Origin: Octopus bimaculoides | Lineage: Eukaryota | Direction: 5' to 3' | NCBI RefSeq assembly: GCF_001194135.2 | Contig: NC_068998.1 | Coordinates: forward strand, 29,203,337-29,267,336 | DNA length: 64,000 bases | Part shown: positions 12,801-25,800 of the stretch, piece by piece | Position numbering within the stretch: the stretch's first letter is position 1 | How the letters are laid out: the number at the start of each line of letters is the position of its first letter | The notes under the pieces: model-generated | What the model saw: only the letters and a program-made list of their open reading frames with translations | What the model was told of the DNA's origin: nothing | The model's database searches: none | Position numbers and translations under genes: made by a program

Positions 12801-15800
12801 ACTACATCTCCTCTTCCTCACATTCCTCATGCACTCCACTTACCTCTCCTTCCCTTCCCACTCCTGCAGCCCAATCCAGTCCTCTCTATCCTGCTAACTG
12901 TATCATTGCTGTCTTCTTGTCCCCCACCTCTATATACCCAGGTTTCACCAGTCGTTGCATCCTACTATTTTGCATTCACATAAACTCCCTACTCATGCAT
13001 CCTAGGCAATACTCTCCATCCCATTTACATTTTCATCTATTTTCAACTGCATCGCCACCTCTCTCGCTCCCTCTCACCTTTGTTCTCTTTCACTCTTGCT
13101 TTCTCTCTCTCTCTCTCTCTCTCTCGCTCTCTCTCACTCTCCCTCTCTGTCTCTGACTGGGGTAACCATGTAGCTCTACTGCAAGACACTTATTTCTGTT
13201 CCTCTGCCATACTCTAACCTCTCGTCACCTAGCACAAAGCCATCTCCTCCATTAACTCTTCACCACTCAAAGGATCTTCATCTTGCAATTTTTTTGGTGA
13301 CCTCACAAGAGCTGGTGCCATGTTAAATGCAACCAGTCCACTCTGTAAAATGGTTGGCATTAGGAATGGCATCCAGCCTTAAAAACCATGTCAAAACAGA
13401 CCTCATCAGTGCTGGTGCCATGTAAAAAACACTTAGTTTATTCTATAAAGTGGCTGGAATTAGGATGGGCATCCAGCAGTAAAAACCATACTAAAACTGA
13501 GTGGGACTTGCCAGTGTCCATCAAACTGTCCAAGATGGATATTAAATGATGATGATGATAATGATGATGGTACTTGTTACCAAACCATACTTGCTTGCAA
13601 GTGATGGCTGGCTATACTATACAGTACTATACATATCACATACAAATATTCCATTGTTTCTCTTTAATAATGTATCCAATGTTTCAAGATTTTGTTGAAT
13701 CCCAATTTCACAGACTAGCTTGCAATGACAAAAAATATCAAACTTACCTTGAAAACAACTGGTTTAATTTTTTTTCTGACACTTCAGGTAAAACATTTCC
13801 TACCCACAATGCTGTCAATCCTTCGGGATTTGCTGGGCTATAAATAACATATCAATAATTAATTGAGGGAATAAATGAATAATATTATATGACCAGCTAA
13901 CTGATTTGCAAGGCTTCATTTACCCTCAAATTACCTCAACTGTCTCAAACTTTCAGTCTCTTTCCTACCACTACCACAATAGTACCTGTTTTACTCACCA
14001 AGCAAGCTGTTTACCACCCTACTTCACATTCATCTAATATACCAGCATTTCACCTTCTCATCATTCTTAGTCTATTCCAACACAAATCTTTTTCTCAAGA
14101 AAGGCAATATTCTGGAACTCTCAACCCGGAGTTGGCTACCATTGCAGTTAGTCTTTCAATAAACTACTCGAAGACGAAGATCACAATCATTAGTGAAAAT
14201 GCTAGTGAGGATAATCTTACACTTTCATCGAGTCAGATGCTGATCTCTGTTACCTGGGCTCTCATAGTTGCTTGGCCAGTACAAAAGACTAACATTCATA
14301 AAGTGATAACATTGTCAACATCTGAAAATTTGAAAACTGTCATGTGACCTAAAAGTACACCTGTTTCATGCTATAGTAGAATCTGTTCTGTTCTACGGCT
14401 AGGCATGTTGGTCTTTTATGGAAGCCCAACAATGATCATTAGATGGCACATACACTTGACTTCTGCTCAAGGATTTTAACATCTCTTATGCGAATCATAT
14501 ATCAAACAAGTCACTACTTGAATTTATGTTTGTCTGGCTAACACTGTCAGCTAAACAACGCCAAGTTCCTCTCATAACACATCTGTTACCCATACCACAG
14601 TCATCCACATCTTTTACACACACACCTTTACCTCTCACACCTCTTGTACCCATGCTTATATTGCATTTCATAGAACTGAAGTTGACATATATTATATGAT
14701 GGAGTCCTTGCAAACAGTCAGATGGCTTTTGTTAATATATAGTTTAAGATATGTATGTGTGCAGGAACAGTACCATTCCATACTCCATTGCAGGTTTTAT
14801 TTGAACTTTGTATTTGGTCAGCAATTGGTCAGAGGTGAAGAATTTTCTACTGTTGAAGCCAAAGGCCAGAATATAGACAAAATGCAAAAGATAATGATTA
14901 GTTAAAATTAAAGCTAATACATAACACTGAACTTAAAAGGGATTACCCTCAAGATGTTTGTATCTTTTACTGACAAATGTCTCAAAAATGCTCACTGGTG
15001 CATTTGGTTGCACATGTACACAATTTGAGAAATAATTAAGTGGACAGGGTCATTGAATACTTTAACTTAGCCTAACCAGAAATCTTTCACGTTTTATTTC
15101 TTTTAATTCTATCTTGCTTTAGTTGCTTTGTTTTACATTTTTAATTATTTCATGCAAATATGGGTGGGTGTCATCATCATCATCATCATTGTCATTTAAC
15201 ATCTGCTTTCCATCCTAGCATGAGTGGGATAGTTTCACAACTGCCAGCCTGCACAAGTCTTCTGTAACTGTTTTGGCAGGATTTTTACAGCTGGATGCCC
15301 TTCCAAACACCAGCAACTCAGCAGAGTGGACTTAGTGCTTTTTACATGGCACAAACACAGGTGAGGTCAGTTTTGGCAAGGTTTTTACAGCTGGATGTCC
15401 TTCCAAACACCAACCATATCAGAGTGTGAAGTGGATGCTTTTTACATGTCATCCCATGTCTTTCTGGGTCTCTTCTGCGGGCACCATCCACTTTCAGTGA
15501 TTAGCACTTCTTTATGTAGCTGTCTTCATTCATATGCATCACATGTCCAAACCAACATAGTCTTCTCTCTTGCATGCTGCATTTGATTCCTCTTATGCCC
15601 AACTTTTCTCTCAATACATTTGCACTTTGCCATACATGCACACTGATGTTGCACATCCAACAGAGCATACTACCTTCATTTCTTTCCAGTCTACACTTGT
15701 CTTCTACATTCAGAGCCCATGTTTCACTACCATGGAGTATAGCCATTCATACACAAGCATCATACAATCTACCCTTCACTCTGAGAGAGAGTCCTTTTGT

Positions 15801-16886
15801 TGCCAACAGAGGTAAAAGCTCTCTGAACTTCCTCCATCCTATTCTGATTCTAGAAACAATACTTTCAGAGTATCCTCCACCATTGCTAATTTGATCACCC
15901 AGATAACAGAAACTATGTACAACCGCCAAAGAGCCTCTTGGACATTTGAGAGAATCTAAGTCCCATGTGCTCTTAGTGCTTATTGTTCCTGTACATCTGC
16001 CACATACAAAGATGACTTTATCTCTTAATCTACCTGTGATTCCGCTGCACCTCTTATGTGTCCATAGTTTACACTGGGTACAGTGAATGGAATGTCTTCC
16101 AACTCCTTTCCTAAATATTGAACAGGGTCAAATGATGGGAAGAGAGTTTTATCTTCTTACTAACAACAATTTTAATCTTAGCTAGGTTAACTTTAAAGCG
16201 CTTTGATTCCAGGTTTTGTTTCTATATCTGGAATTTCTTCTCTAATTCTGCTAAAGATTCTGCAATAAGAGCAAGGTCATCAGCATATAGCAGTTCCCAC
16301 AGGCACCCAGTTTTGAATTCCTCTGTTATAGGTCATATGGACAACTGTGTGTGTATAAAATATGTACATGTATATATGTGTGTGTATATATATGCACATA
16401 TATGCATATCATCATCATCATCATCGTTTACCGTCCACTTTCCATGCTAGTATGGGTTGGACGATTTGACTGAGGACTGGTGAACCGGATGGCTACACCA
16501 GGCTCCAATCTGAGTTGCTACAGCTGGATGCCCTTCCTAACGCCAACCACTCCAAGAGTGTAGTGGGTGACTTTACGTGCCACCGGCACGAAGGCCAGTG
16601 AGGTGGTACTGGCAATGGCCACGCTCAAAATGGTGTATTTTACGTGCCACCTGCACAGGAGCCAGTCCAGCGGCACTGGCACGATCTCGCTCGAATGTCT
16701 TTACNNNNNNNNNNTTTACGTGCCACCTGCACAGGAGCCAGTCCAGCGGCACTGGCACGATCTCGCTCGAATGTCTTTACACATGCCACTGGCACAAGTG
16801 CCAGGAAGGCGACACTGGACACAAGTGCCATCATGATTTCGCCTTCACTTGCCCCAACAGGTCTTCACAAGCCGAGTTTCGTGTCT

Positions 16887-16945
<59 letters not shown>

Positions 16946-19778
16946 GCATATATGTATGTGTGTATATCTTTAAAATCTTCATGTGTACTTTATATATTGT
17001 ACAATGTCTCTCACTATTTCCCTACATATTTGTAATCAAGTCTTTTACATACTGCATTTTCTTCTCTTTCTTTGTAACTTCTAGTAAAAGTTTCACACTT
17101 TTTGCAACTCTTTGAGTCCTTGAGATTAATAAAGGAAAGATTATCGTTATTATTGTTGTTGTTGTTATTACTATTATTAGGATTAGTAATTAAGAGTGAT
17201 GACAGCCTTGGAGAAACTCTGGTTGTCAATGAAAAATCAGTTGGCTGGTCTTTTCTGGAGGACTTTCGAGCCAGAACTCAGAGATAATTTCCAAAAACAT
17301 TTGAACCTGGCAGTGCTACTGGGGAAGTGTGTGTGGAGGGGGTGGGGTCATTGCCAGTTCAGGATAAACTCTATAGGCATGGTAGTGCTATCAGCTGTGC
17401 CTGAGAATGTCTGCAGAGCAACGGAACTGTCTTGTATGCACTTGTACAGTGTTCAAGTATTACTGACTTGTGGAATTATGTTGAACAACTGCTGTCCCAT
17501 GTGGGACAGATCTGGCTATCAGCCAACTCCATTGTGAAGGTCAACCTACTGCCTTCCTGTGATTGAGAGATACAAGTAGCTTTTCCTCTATCTGGTGGCT
17601 ATGGCAAAAGTGGTTATGTGGTTGATGACTTGAAAGAACTGAAGACAGACGATTTCCTCTTCAGCCAAGACCACACTGACTTTTTAAAATTCCATTTGAA
17701 AAAAAATGTGAAGATTAAGAGGGATGTACTGCCTCACAATAAATTTATTGAAAAGTGGATGAATGTGGGGAGGGTGGCCCAAGTAAGTAGGCCTGCTCTA
17801 AGGTGGTGCCTGTAGGCTGATGAATACAGAGGAGACAGGAGCACTTGCCATGGTGCTGTCAATGAATAGGATATGTTGGGATTTGTGGGCTTCCTTTATT
17901 GCCCCAGGGTGACATTTTTGTCCTTCTATTGGGGATTTAGTTTGTTAAGATTTCTTTGGAAATTGCTACTGTTTTTATAGTTTACACATTTCTATGTAAA
18001 TCTCCAGTGTCCTTTGTCTCTGTATTGTCCTAAATGGCTTTTTGCAGCCGTTGTGGCCAATAAAGTATTATTATTATTATTTTTTTTTTTTTTTCAAAAA
18101 AGCAGCAGCAAAAAAAGGCTGCAAGCTGGCAGAATTGTTAGCACAGCAGGCAAAATGCTTAGTGGCATTTCCTCTTGGTCTACATTCTGAGTTCAAATTC
18201 CGCCAAGGTCAACTTTGCCTTTCATCTTTTCAGGGTCATTAAATACCAGTGAAACACTGGGGGTCAATGTAATTGATTAGTCCCTCCCCCAAAATTTCAG
18301 GCTTTGTGCCTTTAGTAGAAAGGATTATCATTATTATAAACATTATTATGATTAGGACACTGGTTGCTCTCATTCATATTTTGATTTGAATTTCTATAAT
18401 TTTGAATTTTTATCACTTTTCATTTTGAACTCAACAAAGACAGGCTAGCTGTTGAAATATCATCACCAATAAAATATCTATTGCAATCGCATCATGCTCT
18501 TCGTATAGTCTATTTACTTTTGTGAAGAGTAACACCAATCCTATTAAAATATTATTATTAATATTATTATTGAGTGAGAGAGCAGTGCATGCCATCAAAG
18601 TGACACTGGGGTAAAATATATGAAGCCCAGTACATCTATCAGGACTACCCGTCTGATAAGAGCACACTAGGCACATACATCACAACCATATGTGCGCGAC
18701 ATGGTGATCTCATATCAAGATAAACAGCACATGAATTTGCAGATGGGGATCAGTTAGAATTTTCTTCAGTTAGAATGCTTCACACTAGGAAGGACTCTAA
18801 AAGTCAAGCTACCATAATAAACACATTTTACCGAACACAAGGGAATGCAATTCTCGAAGCAAGCCCCCTTATGTATAGTAAAACCCTTAATATAAATAAA
18901 TATATTTATAGGGAATAATTAATAAATTTTTCCCTTATGAGGTTTTTTCATGCTAACTACTTGATAAATTCTTATAAAGATTTTATCCTTTATTTAAATT
19001 GTAAATTTAACCAGAATATATTCAGTGCTGAATTTTATTCTGAACAAACACGTGTACCGAGATNNNNNNNNNNCACAACCATATGTGCGCGACATGGTGA
19101 TCTCATATCAAGATAAACAGCACATGAATTTGCAGATGGGGATCAGTTAGAATTTTCTTCAGTTAGAATGCTTCACACTAGGAAGGACTCTAAAAGTCAA
19201 GCTACCATAATAAACACATTTTACCGAACACAAGGGAATGCAATTCTCGAAGCAAGCCCCCTTATGTATAGTAAAACCCTTAATATAAATAAATATATTT
19301 ATAGGGAATAATTAATAAATTTTTCCCTTATGAGGTTTTTTCATGCTAACTACTTGATAAATTCTTATAAAGATTTTATCCTTTATTTAAATTGTAAATT
19401 TAACCAGAATATATTCAGTGCTGAATTTTATTCTGAACAAACACGTGTACCGAGATGCAATTCGAAAAGCCCACCTCTTACATAGATATATATAGTGATA
19501 AACAATTTCTATGTACTATGCTGGATACATGGAGTGTTCGTCTGGTATGTTGATTTTTGTTTATTTTTATGTGTCTTGACTATGTGTGTACTGAAAAATA
19601 AAGAGTGCATATTCAGCACTGATTACGAAATCATGATATACCACTAAGTCTAATTTTAGGAGGCTCGCTTCGAGAATTCCCTCGTGTTTGGTAAAATGTG
19701 CTTATTATGGTAGTTTGACTTTTAGAGTCCCTCCTAGCGCGAGGCATTTATGTATAGTAATGCCCTTAATATAAATAA

Positions 19779-19839
<61 letters not shown>

Positions 19840-22800
19840 TATATTATATTTTTATGTGTGCATTTGTGTCTGTGTTTGGCCCACCACCACCACCACCACC
19901 ATTGTTTGACAACTGATGTTGGTGTGTTTGCATCCTTGTTACTTAGCTGTTTAGCAGAAGAGACTGACAGAATAAGCACCAGGTTTACAGGGAATAAGTC
20001 CAGGGGTCCATTTCTTCAACTAAAGGGTGGTGCTCCAGCATGGCTACCATCAAATGATTGAAACAAGTAAAATAATAAAAGAATACCTGAAGAATGTTCC
20101 ATACCACTAAACCAAGAAGGTTCTTTGAATATGTACGATGTATTTTAAGGCTAAATAGTAATTCTGTTTAGGTTTGCGTAACCAAGATATTTTGGTTGGG
20201 TTATATAGTTATCAGTTTTACACATCTTTCTATATTCTGTAATTGTCACAATATAGAAACATTTCTCATGGCACCAGCACATAATTTACAGATATTTACA
20301 TCTTTTATATTTTCCATGAATTTTTCACAGGTCCAACAAGTTATTATTATTAATATCATTATTATTACTAGAAGAAAGACCACCCTCCAGGTGGTATGTC
20401 TTACATCTAATTATTTCTTTGTATAATAGTGCTCACTTGCTTAGTAAGTATTGCTTTCATTATTTTATCACAGTTATAATCTCTCTTTTTTAAACAAACA
20501 TCATGGTAGTTCAACAACAGAGGGAGAAGTAGGTTGTCAAGTTTTACCTTCCCCTCAAAGCAACATAGAGATTTCAGTTCAGCAGCCCTTCTGTAAGCTT
20601 TGCAGTATATGAGAGAGAGTGAGTGTGTGAGGAGAGAGAACATTGCAAACAATGAATGAAATAAACATGAAATAAAAAATTGTATAACTAAAAGGGCAAT
20701 ACTACAGATGTATATGCCCCCGACTTTGTTGCCTTATAACATCCAGAAAAATGGATACTTTTTAAAATTTTCTACAAATACTGCTTAGATGTTGTGGCTT
20801 CAGAGTATATGGGGATTTATGAGAAAGAGTTTTTCCAAACGGGTGGAGAGAAGAGTTTTGGAAAATTCACATGATCTGATTTCTTTCTCTTGTAACTCTT
20901 TAGGAAGATGGATATCTTTTAATGAAAGTTTATAGAAATCCCTTTCAAATGGCATAGATTATGATTATAAAGAAATTTGTGGGGAAAGTTTTTTCAGGGA
21001 TATTCCTTATTTTTTTTTTTAAACCACAGCCTTCGAAATGATTGAGGGGGGTATCTTTGTATGAAAAATGTTTTGTAAACTCTTTTTTTTAACACCCCCT
21101 CCCTCATCAGCCCACTCTAGACCTATGTTGACCACTTGCACTTCAAAATCATGGGAAGAGCATTTTCGGTAAAAATCTTTTTTTAAATTGTTAATATTTT
21201 CAGAGGGAAAAGTGNNNNNNNNNNNNNNNNNNNNNNNNNNNNNNNNNNNNNNNNNNNNNNNNNNNNNNNNNNNNNNNNNNNNNNNNNNNNNNNNNNNNNN
21301 NNNNNNNNNNNNNNNNNNNNNNNNNNNNNNNNNNNNNNNNNNNNNNNNNNNNNNNNNNNNNNNNNNNNNNNNNNNNNNNNNNNNNNNNNNNNNNNNNNNN
21401 NNNNNNNNNNNNNNNNNNNNNNNNNNNNNNNNNNNNNNNNNNNNNNNNNNNNNNNNNNNNNNNNNNNNNNNNNNNNNNNNNAATCGACAAGCATTTATTC
21501 CCTACAAACTGTAAGTTTTTTGGAAAATCTTTTTGTAAATCTTGAGATTAACACCCGCACGATTACCTACCTAACCCTAACCCTAACCCTAACACTAGTA
21601 AAAATCGTGCGGGTATTAATCTGAAAATTTAACAATCTTTTTTAAAACACATTTACTTACTAACATTTTTTTATTTAGTGTGTGTGTGTTGCCCATATAT
21701 ATATATACACTTAAGACTTAGTTGTGGGTTGGGAGTTTGATCAGCAGAGGTCATTATTATTATTATTTTCAATTTTTCTCACAAGGGTGGATTGGAGCAG
21801 GTGGACAATAGTTGATTATATCGACCCCTGTGTTCAAATGGTACTTATTTTTTACACACTGAAAGGATGAAAGGCAAAGTTGACATCGGCAGAATTTAAA
21901 CTCGGAACGTTGAGATGGGCACAAACCTCCCATCGCGACACTGATTCTGCAGAACAGGGTTGAGTGTGAAAACCAACTTTAAAGTGTAAATATAGATGTT
22001 CTTGAATACACACTCATACATACATACGTACAAATACACACATACATACAAATAAACACATACATACAAATACCTGTCACTCACTTCCAAATATGATCGA
22101 TAGTCAAACATTTATTCCCTACAAAATGAATTTTTGGAATATCTTTCTTAAAACGCACTTACTTACTACCATATATATAGAGAGAGACACAATACACATT
22201 AATACACACATACATACAAATACCTGTCATTTTTTTTATTTAGTGTGTGTGTGTGTGTGTTGCCCATCTTAATATATAATGCTGAAGTTGTGTATCTGTG
22301 TGAAGCCTTTTTTAAAAGTTTATAGAAATTAACATTTTCCACTTTTTCGTAAAAATTTTTACATCAATACAATTTTCTCGATATGAACTTTCCAGTGCAG
22401 TAATTAGATCTTTAAAATTCCGTTTACTTTGTGTGATTTAAGGGAGATTTGGGTGTTGTTTCTAGCAACTTTTATATTTCTTCCCTTCTACCTGTACCAG
22501 CGTTCTTACACATCGATCACGCGCTCAACATATAATATAGAGAGTAACAGTAAAAGAGGGAGAGAGAGAGAGAGAGAAAGTGATACATACAAAGTCATAG
22601 ATTAACTTGCTTTAAGATTATTCTTTCCGTCTACCTTTTCACTCTTACTTCGTTCTTCTTCCTCTCTCCCATTTAATAGCTTTCTTNNNNNNNNNNNNNN
22701 NNNNNNNNNNNNNNNNNNNNNNNNNNNNNNNNNNNNNNNNNNNNNNNNNNNNNNNNNNNNNNNNNNNNNNNNNNNNNNNNNNNNNNNNNNNNNNNNNNNN

Positions 22801-25800
22801 NNNNNNNNNNNNNNNNNNNNNNNNNNNNNNNNNNNNNNNNNNNNNNNNNNNNNNNNNNNNNNNNNNNNNNNNNNNNNNNNNNNNNNNNNNNNNNNNNNNN
22901 NNNNNNNNNNNNNNNNNNNNNNNNNNNNNNNNNNNNNNNNNNNNNNNNNNNNNNNNNNNNNNNNNNNNNNNNNNNNNNNNNNNNNNNNNNNNNNNNNNNN
23001 NNNNNNNNNNNNNNNNNNNNNNNNNNNNNNNNNNNNNNNNNNNNNNNNNNNNNNNNNNNNNNNNNNNNNNNNNNNNNNNNNNNNNNNNNNNNNNNNNNNN
23101 NNNNNNNNNNNNNNNNNNNNNNNNNNNNNNNNNNNNNNNNNNNNNNNNNNNNNNNNNNNNNNNNNNNNNNNNNNNNNNNNNNNNNNNNNNNNNNNNNNNN
23201 NNNNNNNNNNNNNNNNNNNNNNNNNNNNNNNNNNNNNNNNNNNNNNNNNNNNNNNNNNNNNNNNNNNNNNNNNNNNNNNNNNNNNNNNNNNNNNNNNNNN
23301 NNNNNNNNNNNNNNNNNNNNNNNNNNNNNNNNNNNNNNNNNNNNNNNNNNNNNNNNNNNNNNNNNNNNNNNNNNNNNNNNNNNNNNNNNNNNNNNNNNNN
23401 NNNNNNNNNNNNNNNNNNNNNNNNNNCAATTGCTTCATCAGAAATTGCCGTCCTACCTCCTGCGAAAAGGGATTACGCTGCTATGTATAATCAGGGCAGT
23501 GCAAAAAGTTGTTTTGCACAAGCATTTCTATAGCCAATTAGACGGATGAAATTTACGTACGCTTAATAATGTTACGCAAAACAGCCTTCAGACTTTCCCT
23601 ATTAATTTCATCGTCTTTTGAATTATGAACATATTTACATCATAGGGGTTTTTTCGTTGTACGGCTTTCTTTTTTAGTTGATTTTCACCTAGCAAGACTT
23701 ATCATAGATGGCGTAATAAGTCACACCCGGACAACGTCGGGTTATACTGCTAGTATGCTATAAAAAAGAAAATTTGAGAAATTATGAATTATTTGCAACC
23801 CCACTACCTGCCCCCAATTGTTTCTGTTTAGAAATTAAAATATTGGGGGAACCTGAAAAGGTCATTGCTGGCATTTATCCACAGTGATTTTTAAAAAAAT
23901 ACAGAGAAGTACTTGCATTGCAAGTGACTTGATATGAGATTATGTGCTGAAACGAAAACAATTGTTTCTAGGGTTAAGGTTAGGGCTAGTTTTAGTGTTA
24001 GTTAGGGTGTCATTACACATCTACACAGCATACATCTAAAATGTTTTGTACGTAACTCCTGTATTTAAGTAGTACCTCTGTATTAAAGTAGTACCAGTTT
24101 CACTTTAACATTAAAATTTCATTTGTTTCAAAATATTTTCTTTGCTTTGAAACTGCAACCTGTTCACTGACCAAACTTCACAAAAGTAATGCAGCTTGAA
24201 CATACACACACAAACAGCAAACATACACACACACATTCATTGCTTTTCATTTGTGTGTATGTGTATCTATGTGTGTGCATGAGTTTTGTCATTGTTGAAG
24301 TCGTTCGTGCGACTTGTTTGTGTATATATTGGCTTAGTGGTACAGAATGTTTGGCAACTGTGAATAAGGTGCAAGTTTCGAGTAAATGTCAGTAACTTTT
24401 TTTCTCCTCATCTTCTAATAGTAATTATTCAATTTTCTAGGCTCTTCTCGCAGCTATCCCATGTTCAAAAATTATACGGGTATTTTAAAAATTTTCATTC
24501 AACAAATAATGTTTTTAAATTATGTATACATTAATAGAATAAACTGTCGGTTTTCCAAATAGCGAATAAAAACTTAAAAGAGAAAGTGAGAGACTTTGCA
24601 AATGAGAATAGAATACTCTGCAGTGAATGCAATTAATATTTAAATTTGTGAATTGGATGCAGTGAATGCAATGAATATTTAAATTTGTGAGAAATTGGAG
24701 TTAAAAAAAATTCAAGAAACTTGAGAAATCGAAATTATAGGAAATTTTTTAGAACATGAATTTATAAAAATATTTCCAGACGGTCAACTCTTTAATAATT
24801 GCTTTCTTTTAGTACTTTTAGTAATTGTTACATACCTAATTAATAAGCAGCTTTCTTCATTATAGTATAGATGTAGATCCTATAATTTTTCTATAATGAT
24901 ATGGAAATGTACAATTTGTATTTTTAAAGTAAGTCTATGTGAACAGTATTTCCAAGCATACATTACTTGCATGAGCCAACAAAGTTGTGAAAGTGGTTAC
25001 TTACTCCATTTTGGTATCCATGGGTGATGAGCATGAGCTGTTTATTGTAATGTGATTCATATTGTTGATAGAAAATTCTTTTTCTGAACCCAAACCATTA
25101 TTGAGATTGTCAGCCACTAAAATGAAAAGTGGGTCATTTAGAGGCAAATGGAATGTGAAATTAAGAAATATTAATCATCATCATCATCATGTAACATCTG
25201 TTTCCATGCTGGCATGGGTTGGATGGTTTGACATGGAGCTGGCCAGATGCCAGTTGTCTGCTGTGACATGGTTTCTACAGCAAGCTAAGTCAAATCGCTG
25301 CCTTTCACACATACAGAGTTGTCCTTTCAGGTGCAGGTGCCACATAAAAACACTTGTGCCAGTGCTACATAAATGCACCCATGCCAGTGCTACATAAATG
25401 CATGCATGCCAATGACATGTAAAAAGTACCCAGCACATTCTTAAGTTGTTGGTATTTGGAAGGGCATCCAAGTGTAGAAACCATGTCACAACAGACAACT
25501 GCCATCTGGACAGCTAATTACAACATCTCCTAGTCCCTTGTCATTTCCTCAGTGAGGCCCAGTGTCTCAAGACTCTTTCAAACCACTTCATCCCATGTCT
25601 TCCTAGATCTACCCCTTCCACAGGTACCCTCCATAATCAGAGCTCGGCATTTCTTTGCACAGCTGTCCTCATCCGTATGCATCACATGACCAAACCAGTG
25701 CAGTCTTTTCTCTTGCACGCAACATCTGATGCCTCTTACACCCAGTTTTCCTCTTAAATCATTTACATTAAAATAGAAATAAATTCTTGACAAGAGTAAT

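Noticed and set aside
14242-14322. Candidate minus-strand exon (ttttcag|ATGTTGAC...GCCCAG|gtaaca)
   Set aside because: There are stops in all three frames. The plus strand resembles a decayed LINE RT piece (SINYSKTK).
16635-16790. 70-bp perfect direct repeat
   Set aside because: It flanks a 10-N gap and is probably an assembly overlap, although the 3' UTR does have natural tandem units.
18675-19455. Apparently perfect ~390-bp tandem duplication
   Set aside because: The two copies look identical and are separated by a 10-N gap (19064-19073), which is typical of unmerged overlapping contig ends.
20546-20590. Exon-like segment cttacag|AAGGGCTGCT...GGGGAAG|gtaaaa on the minus strand (RAAELKSLCCFEGK)
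   Set aside because: It is 43 nt with phase 2 to 0, so including it between the linker and RRM exons would shift the frame. It has no domain similarity, and the flanking exons already join cleanly. It could only be a poison exon, and I have no evidence for that.
24430-24878. Possible Helitron (minus-strand A|TCTATACTATAATGAAG 5' end near 24870)
   Set aside because: I could not identify a matching hairpin-CTAG|T 3' end.
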